Positions 17,769 to 27,140 of a stretch of 64,000 nucleotides of DNA are shown here, piece by piece. How positions within the stretch are numbered: the stretch's first letter is position 1; the number at the start of each line of letters is the position of its first letter. A program made the position numbers and the translations under genes. This DNA is from Vulcanimicrobiota bacterium. GTDB taxonomy: Bacteria > Vulcanimicrobiota > Xenobia > Xenobiales > JADMJV01. The notes under the pieces were generated by a model, which ran no database searches, was not told the origin of the DNA, and saw only the letters and a list, made by a program, of their open reading frames with translations. The stretch covers positions 1,672,008 to 1,736,007 of the forward strand of contig JBFWNU010000001.1 of NCBI GenBank assembly GCA_050250895.1. The letters are read 5' to 3'.

Positions 17769-20131
17769 CCGATCAAGCCGGGCGATTCATCGGGCAGTGC
17801 CAGGCGAGCCCGATGGTAGTATTCCATGACGGTGGTGCTGGGCTCGCTATCATAGAGCGAGCGCAGGGCTTTCTCGCATTCATGATACTGCTCGATGGCC
17901 GCCTCTGGACGACCGCCGTCGATGAGACACCGCATGATCAGCAAGTGGGCTTCCTGGTTGGCCGGCTCCAGCGTGAGGGCGCGGCGGGCGGCCGCTACCG
18001 CCTCACGGGGCTCGTGGCGTTCGAGGTTGAGCTCGGCCAATCGCATAGCTGCGCCCGAGACTTCGCGTTCCCAATGATCGCGTCGCTGGGTAGCCCAGTC
18101 ATAGTAGCATCCCTCCAGGTAAGGCCCGCGATAGAGTTCGAGCGCCGCTTGCAGCTCCCGGGCCTCCTGGTCCGGGGAACAACCCTCTTGCTTGGCGGCC
18201 TTGAGGTGACGGGCCAGCTCGGTGACATCGTGCCAGGCGGCGATCTCGGGATTGGTGCGCAGGGTCTCGTACTGACGCTCGACCGGGTCGCGGCGAAACC
18301 CGGCCGCCTGGAACAGCTTGCGAATCACCGAAGTACACCAGTAGAGGCCCTTCTTGTCGCTGCTGCGAGCCTCTTCCCAGACCGCTTCTAGCGCGAGCTC
18401 GTCGTGCACCGGGCGCCCCCACTCGTAGGCCAGATAGGCGAAAAGATAACGGGTGCGCTGGGTTCGCCAGGCCCGGTCGGGCAGGGTTTCGCCGGCCAAG
18501 GACAATTGGAACGGCCCAAAGGAGTGAATGCGGATCATTCCGGGCCCCTCCAGGTCCTCCATGCGAACCACCAGCTTCTCGGCCAATTTGCGCACCTCGG
18601 GCACGGGCGAAACGCGCAACTCTCGCCACAAGGGCTCGGGCACCTGATGGCCCTCATCGACCAGGGTCTGCAGCCAGAACAGAAGCTGGTCGGGGCTGAA
18701 AGTCTCGGCCTGGAGATGAGTGATGAGCAGGCGAGGAAACAGGTTGCAGAAACGACCCAGAAAGCCGGTCATGGGGTAGCGCTTCAGGTTTTCGAGCAAA
18801 TCGGGCAAAAGCCACTGACCGTGCACCTCGAGTTCTCGCGTCAGCGAGGGCATCAACAACTGGCGACACACCTGGGTAAAGCGCTGGCTGTCGATGTTCT
18901 CTCCGGCCGCGACCAGGGCGACCGCGGCCAGGGCCACGGCGTCACTATGGCCGAAGCGCATCAGCGGCGGCACGGCCCGGCGCAACAGGGTCAGGGCTTC
19001 GGGCCGGCGGTGCCGGCGCAGCAGCAGGCCGCCGTGAAAATCGGCCAGACAGGCGCGATAGGTGCCGATGCGAGCGGCTAGCGAGCAGGCGATTCCTAGC
19101 TGTTGCAGACACTCTTCGGGAGCTTGGGCCAGGCGGGCCAGGCCTAAACGGGCCTCCACTTCTCCGTCGAGGTCTGGCTGGTGGGCCAGATACTCGCGAA
19201 AGCTGGCCCGTGCCCCCGCCAGGTCGCCGGCACGTTCGAGGGCCTGTCCGATGGCCAACAGTCCGGTCGAGGCGTTGCCCGACTTGCGGGCCGAAGGGAC
19301 CGGTGCGTTTTGGCGTAAGACCCTGACCACCTGGGGGTCCAGCCCCTCGGTGTCCAACCCCTGGCCCTGGTTTTCTATCTCGCGGCGGGCCTCGGCCACG
19401 ACTGCCTCGACCACCCTGGCCTCGAGCGGTGGCTCGTGGTCGCCTTGACGATGGGCCAGCACTTCGGACAGCGAAGGTAGCAGCAGTGGGGCATCCAGCA
19501 AGGCCTGCCGGGCGGGGCCCACCACCGCCTCGGGCAAAAGTTCGAGCACGGCCGCCTGGGTGACTTGCTGTAACACCGGCCCTTCCAACTCGAGGGCCGC
19601 GCCGGCCCGGGCGGCCAACTCGCGAACCCTTTGCACCAGCTGGGGGTCGGGCAGGCCAGCCGGGTCCTGCAGGCACAGGACCAGGGTCTGCAGCACTTGA
19701 GAGACGACCTCGGCCTGCGCGCTGGCCGGCTGGAGAGGGCCGAGCTGCCGGGTCTGTTGTAACTGCTGGCGCACCAGTTCGAGAAAGCGCGAGGTCTCGA
19801 AGGGCTTCTTGAGAAAGCCCCCCACGCCGAGCTTGTGGGCCCGGCTGGTCTCTTCGAGCGAAGCATAACCCGACACCACCAGCGATCCGATCCCGGCTTG
19901 CGACTTCTGGGCCTGCTCGATCACCTCGATGCCGTCGGGCCCCTCGACGCGTACGTCGGCCACCACCAGGTCAAAGCTCTGCTCGCGGGCGGCCGCGATG
20001 GCCTCGTGGCCGGTCTCGACGGCCACCACCTCATAGTCGCTATAGCTCAAGATTTGGGTCAAGATGGCCCGCATCTCGTGATCGTCTTCGAGCAAGAGAA
20101 TACGGGGCTTCTTGTCGGTGGTCACACTCAT
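17765..20131 (-). CDS. Response regulator with REC, TPR-like region and SARP-type DNA-binding/BTAD domain
   Basis: ILLLEDD...VADV...FLKKPF receiver; IRIHSFGPFQL, ALELYRGPYLEG, EPANQEAHLLIMR BTAD pattern. Confidence 0.85.
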   Translation of the reverse strand: MSVTTDKKPRILLLEDDHEMRAILTQILSYSDYEVVAVETGHEAIAAAREQSFDLVVADVRVEGPDGIEVIEQAQKSQAGIGSLVVSGYASLEETSRAHKLGVGGFLKKPFETSRFLELVRQQLQQTRQLGPLQPASAQAEVVSQVLQTLVLCLQDPAGLPDPQLVQRVRELAARAGAALELEGPVLQQVTQAAVLELLPEAVVGPARQALLDAPLLLPSLSEVLAHRQGDHEPPLEARVVEAVVAEARREIENQGQGLDTEGLDPQVVRVLRQNAPVPSARKSGNASTGLLAIGQALERAGDLAGARASFREYLAHQPDLDGEVEARLGLARLAQAPEECLQQLGIACSLAARIGTYRACLADFHGGLLLRRHRRPEALTLLRRAVPPLMRFGHSDAVALAAVALVAAGENIDSQRFTQVCRQLLMPSLTRELEVHGQWLLPDLLENLKRYPMTGFLGRFCNLFPRLLITHLQAETFSPDQLLFWLQTLVDEGHQVPEPLWRELRVSPVPEVRKLAEKLVVRMEDLEGPGMIRIHSFGPFQLSLAGETLPDRAWRTQRTRYLFAYLAYEWGRPVHDELALEAVWEEARSSDKKGLYWCTSVIRKLFQAAGFRRDPVERQYETLRTNPEIAAWHDVTELARHLKAAKQEGCSPDQEARELQAALELYRGPYLEGCYYDWATQRRDHWEREVSGAAMRLAELNLERHEPREAVAAARRALTLEPANQEAHLLIMRCLIDGGRPEAAIEQYHECEKALRSLYDSEPSTTVMEYYHRARLALPDESPGLIG

Positions 20132-20171
20132 CGAGTCATCAAACTTGGCTGTCGGTAGCGCGATTCCTGGC

Positions 20172-21044
20172 TTAGATCGGCGTCGCGCCGGGCAGGCTAG
20201 GAGTTACGTTAGCCGTAGGGATCACCAATTCTTGACCCACCTGGATGTGACCGACATCCTCGAGTTCATTGACCTGGGCGATCTGCTCGAGCAGGTTCAG
20301 ATCGCGAATCTGCTCGGGTGTGTAGCCCTGACCGCGCAGGATCGAGAGCACATTTCCATTGGGCGTTCCGAAGGGGGTGACCGTGACCAGGGTAGCGGCC
20401 TGACCCGGGAACGGGTTGTCCTGATCATCGGCGGGCAGCACGAACGGCTCGCTCTGCTCGGGCGCTCCCACCGTCTGGGCTAGCGGAGAACCCGGTTGAG
20501 GAGGATAACGGTCGGCGAAGCTCTCGAGCTGTTCGAGGGAGAGGATGGGGCTGGCCCCGGCGGGCACGTCGCTCGGGATCAGCAGGATGTTGCCCGGCTC
20601 GAGACTTTGATCGGGTTCGAGTCGGTTGACAGCCCGGGCCTGGTCAAGCAGAGTCTGGCCATGCTCGTTGGGAGTGTTGATCTCGTCAGGGGTGAACCCC
20701 TCGGCCTGCAGAATGGCTTCGAGGTCGTTAAAAGGCTCTTGAGTGCCGGTGCGCACGAAGCCGGCACCGTGGCCTGAATAGGGATTTCTCTCGTCATGGC
20801 TGGCCAGGTCGTCGTCGTGGAGGCGCTCGCCGGCCTGCGAGGGAGCTGGAACTTCGCCAGTCAGAGCCAGCCGTCGAACCGCCCGCAGACGAGAGCTGAA
20901 CTCGAAGTCGTTAGCGTTGGAAGGAGCGAAGTCCGCGTCGGTTTCTTCGCTTTGGTAGGCCACGGGCACTTCTTGAGACCGGCTCAGCGGAGCGCCTCTC
21001 AGGATCGGGGTGGGGTTGCTGACATTGTTCTGAGTGTTGACCAT
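20172..21044 (-). CDS. Protein with two LysM-like repeats
   Basis: LEAILQAEGFTPDEI...VNRLEPDQSLEPGNILLIP and LSILRGQGYTPEQI...VNELEDVGHIQVGQELVIP; GGAGG SD. Confidence 0.65.
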   Translation of the reverse strand: MVNTQNNVSNPTPILRGAPLSRSQEVPVAYQSEETDADFAPSNANDFEFSSRLRAVRRLALTGEVPAPSQAGERLHDDDLASHDERNPYSGHGAGFVRTGTQEPFNDLEAILQAEGFTPDEINTPNEHGQTLLDQARAVNRLEPDQSLEPGNILLIPSDVPAGASPILSLEQLESFADRYPPQPGSPLAQTVGAPEQSEPFVLPADDQDNPFPGQAATLVTVTPFGTPNGNVLSILRGQGYTPEQIRDLNLLEQIAQVNELEDVGHIQVGQELVIPTANVTPSLPGATPI

Positions 21045-21071
21045 CGTTGTGTCCTCCGTTTCGTTGAGTTG

Positions 21072-21134
21072 ACTTTAGATGGACCAGCCGGAACTCAGGA
21101 AAGAAGACCCCGGCAAATGTTGCCGGGTTGTAAA
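21072..21134 (-). promoter_or_regulatory. Direct-repeat site TTTACA-N5-GCAACA with -10 TAAAGT
   Basis: Half-sites at 21129-21134 and 21118-21123; -10 at 21072-21077, 40 nt away. Confidence 0.55.
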
Positions 21135-21479
21135 CGTTTGGGCGATGTCTTTGGGCCGAATTCTCAAGAGGGCCGCGGCCGCCTCGGTCTCGGGAACGAT
21201 CAGGCTCAGAATAGGGCTGGATTCAGACCCGCCGCTCGCCGAAGAGGCCAGACCGGCATAGCCCCGGGACAGTCCTAGAGTTTCGGCCGTGGCTGAATGG
21301 ATTTTGGGGGCACATCGAGCCACTTCGAGGAGCCGACTAAGGTCATCATCGGGCCGACGAGGCGAAGGGATGTAGGCGTCACCTGGGTCCTCTCCGGAGT
21401 GGGATGGCTCCTTGGGAGTGAGTCTCTCGCGCGAGGCTGTCTGGTGAGCGGCGGGGAGCGGTGGGTTCGGGTTGAGCAT
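21075..21479 (-). CDS. Hypothetical protein
   Basis: 134-aa ORF with GGAGA SD directly after the Fido-domain gene; 3' end overlaps the next promoter. Confidence 0.4.
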   Translation of the reverse strand: MLNPNPPLPAAHQTASRERLTPKEPSHSGEDPGDAYIPSPRRPDDDLSRLLEVARCAPKIHSATAETLGLSRGYAGLASSASGGSESSPILSLIVPETEAAAALLRIRPKDIAQTFTTRQHLPGSSFLSSGWSI

Positions 21480-21510
21480 CTATCGTTTCTCCGATCGTTA
21501 GGGTTGAGAT

Positions 21511-24126
21511 TCAGGCTGCCTCGTCGGAGGCGGCGAATTGGGCAAAGATAGAGCCGGCCAGGGCACGAAAGCCCAGTACCGAAGGCGAAGCGATCTCGGC
21601 GGCCTGGGCCGGCAGGCGGGGCCGCTCGACGAAAAAGTCGGGAAAGTTCTGGGCGAAGGTGTCAAAGTCAGTGACGAAGGCCTCAAGATCTGGAGAGATG
21701 CCGGGCCGGAAGATGGGCGCCTCGATTCCGCGCGCGTCGAAGAGGGAGCGGACCACCGCGTTCTGGGCCGAGGCGCTGCCGCGGTGATAGGGGGTGGCCT
21801 GGGCCAGCAGCCAGTTGACCCGGGCAACCGCGTCCACCGTCTCGTCCAGGGGCAGATTGGGGTCGAGCGCCCGGCGGTAGAAGTCATCGGCCAGATCGAG
21901 CAACCGCCGGCCGGTGGCCGGCGAGGTGTGGACCCAGGCGAACGGCACGCCCTCCGAGTTGCGCAGTACCGGCGTCAACTCCAGGAGCTCGTCTCCGATT
22001 TGTAGCGAGCTGGCGGCGCCGACTCTATCGCGAATGGTCACGGCCCCACCGGCGTCTCCGTAGCGTCCGGTGATCGGAGTACGGGTCAAGATGGTCGGGT
22101 CATCCGCCCGCTCGACCAGAAAGCTGTCGTCGAAATGCTCGCGACCAAAGGCTCCCAGCGGACCTTCGGCCAGCTGGTCGAGGGCCTCTCGGAGAGTGGC
22201 CGGAGGGTTCTCGGCCAGGGCCCGAGTGGCTTCTTGAATCGTCTCGAGATAGGCGGGGTCAGTGGAATATCCCTGACTGAAGATCTGAAAGCGGGCTTGG
22301 TCGTCGAAGGGGTTGCCGGTGAAGATGGGGTTGCCGTACTCATCGAGGTGGCTGAGATCGATGACGCCGTCGACGCGGCCCGCCTCGACGATCTCGTCGG
22401 CGACGGTGGCGGCTTCGGCCACCTCGTCAGCGAAGGTGGCGGCCTCGGCCACCTCGTCGACCAGACCGGCCCCGTGAGCGCCAGCAAGCCCGCCTCCGGT
22501 GGCGACCTCGGTCAGAACTTCAAAGGCAACCGCTCCGGCGATGCCCGCCACGCCGTGCTCTTCAAGAATCGGCCGGAAGGATTCGAGCAGAAGCTCGGGT
22601 TGGGTGGCCACGTAGCCCAGCCCGGTGATGACCTGGCCCGGCTGGGTGACGATGGTGCCCAGTCCCTCAACGGTGCCGGCGGCGGCTTCTCCGAAACCAC
22701 CGAAGAAGTTGTCGACCTGATGGGTGACCAGCGCGCTCGCCTGGTCTGAAGCCAGGTCGATCTGGTCCCCGGCGGTCCGGACCTGAGCGGCCAGTCCCTC
22801 GGCGCCAACCGCGTCCAGAGCCCTACCGGCCAGTCCTGACAGCCCCTGGGCGCCGGCCCCCACGGCCGTATCGAGCAACTCGAGTGGAAGGCTGAACTGG
22901 TCGGCCACTCCCTGAGAGATGTCCCGCACTGCCTGCCCGACCAGCCCCGTGACCGCCTCGACCCCGGTCGAGACGGCCAGGTCGAGACCGTCGAGCGCCT
23001 GGTTGGTCACCCGGTCAAGATTGTCGGCCAGGCCATCGGCGCCCAGCAGACGCGCGCCGCCTTCGACGACTTCTTCGAAAGCCTCGATCGGGGCGGTGAA
23101 TACGCTGGTGACGAGGTTGTGGTCGAACTGTTCACCCACCCAGCCAAAAGCCCGGCGCACGCCATTGCTCACGTCCTCGCTCAGGTCGTCGAAGAACTCG
23201 TCGGCCTGGTCACCGGTCTGGCGAACCTGGTCGGCCAGACCGTCAGCCCCGACCAGGTCCAGAGTCGCCCCACTCAGGCCGGTCACGGCGTCGTTGACCA
23301 GACTGGCCAGGGCGATCCCACCGGTGGCGGGGTTGACCAGGTCGGTGATGGTGTGACCGAGGTCCGAAAACGCGTTGCCGACACGCTGCCAGGCGCTATC
23401 GTCGGCGCGCCGGATCGAGGTGATCGCCTCGTCGAGTTCGCCCAGCGCCGAATTGGCGCTCTGCTCGAGGTGAGGAGCTAGAGCAGGATGCCTTTCCAGC
23501 AGTTCGGGTAGCTGCTCGCCGAAGGTGGCCAGGGCCTGATCGGCCTCTTCATCTCCTTCGGCCCCGTCGAGCAGGTCTTCCAGGCGGGTTTCAAGATGCT
23601 GGCTGAGCAGGGTGCCGACCCGCTGCTGAGTGTCTTCATTCTGGTTGTTGTAGAGCAACCGTTGAAAGCCAAGAGCGGTGGGAATCTGCTCGAACTCTTC
23701 AAAGCTCTCGACGGTCTGGTCGAGGGCCGACTGGGCCGCCTGGCCCACCTCTTCGTCTTCTTCGGCCAACTGGGCCAGAGCCAGGTACTCGTCGTCACTC
23801 AGCCCATCCAGGGTCTCTGAATCGCGCAGGTCGTCGGCGAGCTGGGCGGGGTCAGCGGCCCAGTCATCGTAGATCTCCTGCGCGGGAGTCGGGTTGCGGC
23901 TGTCTTCGCGCAGCTCCTCCGTCTGGGGGGTCAGTTCTCTTCGAACCGGAGCGGCCTTCGAACTCGTTTCGCCCGCTTCACGCCGGCCTTTGGCGGCGGG
24001 GGCCGCTTTGCTCTTGGCTTGAGCGGAGGCCTGGCCGTTGCCACTGGCCTTCGAGGTCGCTTTGGAGGCGGCGCGGGCCTTGGCCCGTGACGGGCCGGTG
24101 GATTGAGAAGTGCCTTTGACTAGCAT
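21511..24126 (-). CDS. Polymorphic-toxin-like protein with C-terminal AvrB/AvrC-like Fido domain
   Basis: C-terminus WVHTSP...NWLLAQATPYHRGSASAQNAVVRSLFDARGIEAPIFRPGISPDLEAF...FPDFF resembles the AvrB/AvrC C-terminus; Gly/Ala-rich pre-toxin-like region; GGAGG SD. Confidence 0.65.
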   Translation of the reverse strand: MLVKGTSQSTGPSRAKARAASKATSKASGNGQASAQAKSKAAPAAKGRREAGETSSKAAPVRRELTPQTEELREDSRNPTPAQEIYDDWAADPAQLADDLRDSETLDGLSDDEYLALAQLAEEDEEVGQAAQSALDQTVESFEEFEQIPTALGFQRLLYNNQNEDTQQRVGTLLSQHLETRLEDLLDGAEGDEEADQALATFGEQLPELLERHPALAPHLEQSANSALGELDEAITSIRRADDSAWQRVGNAFSDLGHTITDLVNPATGGIALASLVNDAVTGLSGATLDLVGADGLADQVRQTGDQADEFFDDLSEDVSNGVRRAFGWVGEQFDHNLVTSVFTAPIEAFEEVVEGGARLLGADGLADNLDRVTNQALDGLDLAVSTGVEAVTGLVGQAVRDISQGVADQFSLPLELLDTAVGAGAQGLSGLAGRALDAVGAEGLAAQVRTAGDQIDLASDQASALVTHQVDNFFGGFGEAAAGTVEGLGTIVTQPGQVITGLGYVATQPELLLESFRPILEEHGVAGIAGAVAFEVLTEVATGGGLAGAHGAGLVDEVAEAATFADEVAEAATVADEIVEAGRVDGVIDLSHLDEYGNPIFTGNPFDDQARFQIFSQGYSTDPAYLETIQEATRALAENPPATLREALDQLAEGPLGAFGREHFDDSFLVERADDPTILTRTPITGRYGDAGGAVTIRDRVGAASSLQIGDELLELTPVLRNSEGVPFAWVHTSPATGRRLLDLADDFYRRALDPNLPLDETVDAVARVNWLLAQATPYHRGSASAQNAVVRSLFDARGIEAPIFRPGISPDLEAFVTDFDTFAQNFPDFFVERPRLPAQAAEIASPSVLGFRALAGSIFAQFAASDEAA
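22393..22460. repeat. 30-bp tandem repeat (about 2.3 copies) encoding DEVAEAAT(F/V)A
   Basis: ctcgtc(g/a)gcga(c/a)ggtggcggc(t/c)tcggccac units start at 22393 and 22423; partial unit at 22453. Confidence 0.8.
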
Positions 24127-24166
24127 TAGTACCTCCTGGTCGTCTCAAAGTGAGAGGGTGGGAAGA

Positions 24167-26017
24167 TCAGGCCGCGTCGAGGTTGGCCAACGCATCGAAG
24201 TCAGCCACGGCTGCGGCCAGGTCAAGCTGGGTCAGCGGGCGTCCGAGCTGGGCTTCCACCTCCTGGTGAAGGAGAAAGTCGGCGGCCTCGGCCATTTGAA
24301 GGATCGCCTCGGTGGGCTCCACGCCGACCGGGAGATTGGCGACGACGCCGGTGGCGATCGCGCTCAACCGGTCGTCGGCCAGGATATCCTCGAGCGAACG
24401 CCCGGTCACCAGCGCATCGCCCAGTTCGAGCACCGCTTCCAGGTCCGAATCGAAGACCGGATGCGGATTGTCGACATTGCTATCGGACTGGTTGGGAGTG
24501 GCTGCCTGGAAGGCCGGTCGAAAGTCGACGATGGTTTGATAGTGTTGCTGAGCCTCATCACCGAGCGCGGCTCTAGCCACGTTGAGGTCTTCTCGGCCGA
24601 AGAAGCTGTCTTCTCCGCCCTCATACGCGCCGCCGTCGATGACGCTGACCAGGGTGGGATTGTCGAGCAAGGTGGCCGCCGCCCCGGCCAACTCGTCGGC
24701 GCGCTCGGTTGCCTCCTCCTGGCTCAGGCCCGAGGCGGTGAGACTGGCGATGTAGTCGGGACGCCAGTCGTCCTGGTCGGCCAGAGTGACCAGGTCGTCA
24801 AGGCTGACGCGAGCGTCGTGGACATCGTCGGCGTTGATGGGATTGGCCAGATAGTCGAGGTTCTGGTCGATGGTATCCAGGGCCGCGGTCAAATCCTGGC
24901 GGCGCTGTTGGTCAGGCGGCAACTCAGGCTCGGATGCAGGCTCGGGCTCGGCTTGAGCGGCGTCGACATCCACGTAGCTTCCGTCCTCGCCCAGGAGGAA
25001 GCTCTGCACCTCGCCGTTCTGGCCGTTGAGGTTCAGCTCCTCGACCCCGTCGAGATTGACGACGGTCCCGTCCTCGAACTCGACCCGATTGACGCCGTCT
25101 TCAAAGACTACGTTCCCCTGCCCGTCGCCCGAGAGGTTGAGCACGTCATAGCCTTCGCCACCCTCGATATAGGCTTCGTCGGGACCAGCTTCCGAGGCGC
25201 CGTCTTGCAGGCGCACCTGGAAGAAGTCATGGCCCTCGCCACCGTCGAGTTCGATGAAGTCCTGATCAGCGCCGGCTTCGATGAGCAGCCGGTCGTTACC
25301 GCCACTGCTCGCGGCCGCCAGATAGTCCGAGCCCTGGGCGCCGCTGAGTACGATGGAGTCGTCTTGCTCGGAACCTTCGGCCAGGAGGTCGTCATCGCCC
25401 GAGGTCCCATCACTCTCGACCCGATCACCATTGGCCAGTAGTTGTTCGGTGTTGATACTGGGTGCCTGGGTGGTCGGCACATGGAGCACCTGACCGGCTT
25501 CGACCAGGTTCGGGTCTGGCAGGGAGTTGGCCTGGGCGACCTCATCGATGAGGGTCGAGCCGTCCGGGTTGGCCGCGTAGATCTCGTCGAGAGTGAAGCC
25601 TTGCCCCAGCAACACGCCTTCGAGGTGATCGTTCTGAGAGCCGTCGGAGCCATCCCATTCGGTGACCTCGACCGAGGTGGCGTTGTACTCTCCCTGATAG
25701 GCATTCTCTTCATCCTCGAGATCAAGAACCTCGGGCTCCCCAGCGGCGGCTGAAAAGTCCACATCCTCCAGCGCATACTCATCGCCCAGTTCGGCTGTCG
25801 AACTCGAAGAGCCATTGCCCGACTCGACTCTGGTGCTCGATGTCGGCGCGGCCGCTGAACTCGCGCTAGCCGAAGAGCTTGCCGGCCGGGGCGCGGGGCT
25901 GGTCGCACTGCTCGAGCCGGAACCGCTCGGGGTGGACGCGCCGCCGTCGCGGGGGGCCTGACGGCGCTCGCGGAACGCTTGACGACTGGTTGCCTTGTCG
26001 GTTTCAAGAATGGCCAT
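24167..26017 (-). CDS. Acidic exported-type protein with LysM-like repeat and RTX-like Ca-binding repeats
   Basis: LEGVLLGQGFTLDEI...ANSLPDPNLVEAGQVLHVP; GTSGDD, GAQGSD, SSGGND, GGEGHD, GGEGYD nonapeptide-like motifs. Confidence 0.7.
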   Translation of the reverse strand: MAILETDKATSRQAFRERRQAPRDGGASTPSGSGSSSATSPAPRPASSSASASSAAAPTSSTRVESGNGSSSSTAELGDEYALEDVDFSAAAGEPEVLDLEDEENAYQGEYNATSVEVTEWDGSDGSQNDHLEGVLLGQGFTLDEIYAANPDGSTLIDEVAQANSLPDPNLVEAGQVLHVPTTQAPSINTEQLLANGDRVESDGTSGDDDLLAEGSEQDDSIVLSGAQGSDYLAAASSGGNDRLLIEAGADQDFIELDGGEGHDFFQVRLQDGASEAGPDEAYIEGGEGYDVLNLSGDGQGNVVFEDGVNRVEFEDGTVVNLDGVEELNLNGQNGEVQSFLLGEDGSYVDVDAAQAEPEPASEPELPPDQQRRQDLTAALDTIDQNLDYLANPINADDVHDARVSLDDLVTLADQDDWRPDYIASLTASGLSQEEATERADELAGAAATLLDNPTLVSVIDGGAYEGGEDSFFGREDLNVARAALGDEAQQHYQTIVDFRPAFQAATPNQSDSNVDNPHPVFDSDLEAVLELGDALVTGRSLEDILADDRLSAIATGVVANLPVGVEPTEAILQMAEAADFLLHQEVEAQLGRPLTQLDLAAAVADFDALANLDAA

Positions 26018-26059
26018 TTCGAGATCTCCTTCGGTTCTAAGACGGTGAGTGTTAGGCTG

Positions 26060-26758
26060 CTAGCGCAGAACCCGCTGCCGTTGTTGCTCGACATAGCGTC
26101 GGAACGCCTCGTCGGGGCTGGTGCCGCTACCATAGGCAACGTGCCGGTCGCGCAGCACCTGGTGCTGCAACTGCTGACTGATCGAATCCACGGTCTGGCC
26201 GGCCTCGAGTCGATGCTCGAGGCCTTGCAGGTCCTGCTGGCTGAGTCCGAACCAGGCCGCGTCACCGGACTGGATGCTCAGAAACATCAGCTCGGGGTTG
26301 TGTTGATCGAGTTGGGTGAGGGTCTCGTAGAGGTCTCGCTCATTGGCCTGAATTCCATCGCGGGAGAGCTGTTGGGCCCGCAACCCGACTTCGTTGGAAC
26401 TCAAGAATCCGTCGTCGTTGAGATCGATCTGGTCGAAGTTCTGGCTGATCTGTCCGACCGCCTGGGCGGTCACCTGGGCCCGCGGCTCCGGCTGGGGGGC
26501 CTGGGGATACCCAACCTGGGGATTGCCGTAGCCGGGCTGAGGGTTGCCATTGCCGAAGCCCGGGGTGGGCGCGCCACCGCCGAAACCCGAGAAGCCTGTG
26601 AAAATCAGGTTGAAGACATCGAGCACCTCTTTGAGGAGGGCCAGGTTGGTAGGGGCAAAGTTGGCGGCGCCAGGATAGATGCTCCCCTGGTTCCCAAATC
26701 CTATGGGGTAGGGCTGAAACTGGGTTTGGCCGGGATAGATGTTGGCTGCGGTGATCAT
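26060..26758 (-). CDS. Hypothetical protein with EF-hand-like loop
   Basis: DLNDDGFLSSNE 12-residue loop; GGAGG SD; Pro/Gly/Gln-rich linker. Confidence 0.65.
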   Translation of the reverse strand: MITAANIYPGQTQFQPYPIGFGNQGSIYPGAANFAPTNLALLKEVLDVFNLIFTGFSGFGGGAPTPGFGNGNPQPGYGNPQVGYPQAPQPEPRAQVTAQAVGQISQNFDQIDLNDDGFLSSNEVGLRAQQLSRDGIQANERDLYETLTQLDQHNPELMFLSIQSGDAAWFGLSQQDLQGLEHRLEAGQTVDSISQQLQHQVLRDRHVAYGSGTSPDEAFRRYVEQQRQRVLR

Positions 26759-27030
26759 TTGCTGTTACCTCCGTCGTTTTTCTGGACTTGCTTGACGCCC
26801 TCGGAACGCCACGCCATGTAGGAGCGGATCGTGAGTTTTCGGTCCTCTCGCCCAGCCGGGTCAGGCTGGGGCCTTGGAGCCGGCCGCACTCGAATGACTG
26901 GCGGTCTCGCTATCGCGCTCAGCCGCGTGGCTTCTCGATACACGAGCACATAGTCGCTGAGCGGCCTGATGATGGGGGCCGAGCGTAACTCATAGAGGCG
27001 GGCCTGGTATCGAGTCAGCATCGCGGGCAT
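26755..27030 (-). CDS. Small hypothetical protein
   Basis: 91-aa ORF with ATGA overlap to the downstream gene, lying just after a promoter. Confidence 0.4.
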   Translation of the reverse strand: MPAMLTRYQARLYELRSAPIIRPLSDYVLVYREATRLSAIARPPVIRVRPAPRPQPDPAGREDRKLTIRSYMAWRSEGVKQVQKNDGGNSK

Positions 27031-27054
27031 CCTTTCGTCGAGTGGTGTGCACTG

Positions 27055-27117
27055 AAGATAGGACGCTCAACCGGGTGACAGGTTGAAAGGGGCGGCTAAG
27101 TGTTAACAGGTTGTAAA
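27055..27117 (-). promoter_or_regulatory. Direct-repeat site TTTACA-N5-TTAACA with -10 TATCTT
   Basis: Half-sites at 27112-27117 and 27101-27106; -10 at 27055-27060, 40 nt away; 13-bp exact match (27109-27121) to 21126-21138. Confidence 0.6.
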
Positions 27118-27140
27118 CGTTAGGACACGAGCAGAAGCGC

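Noticed and set aside
24110-25441. 443-aa + strand ORF, and similar long antisense ORFs (36870-38195, 38743-40095, 41458-42741, 28322-29497, 9269-10567)
   Set aside because: Shadow ORFs opposite well-supported genes; expected in high-GC DNA and without recognisable motifs.
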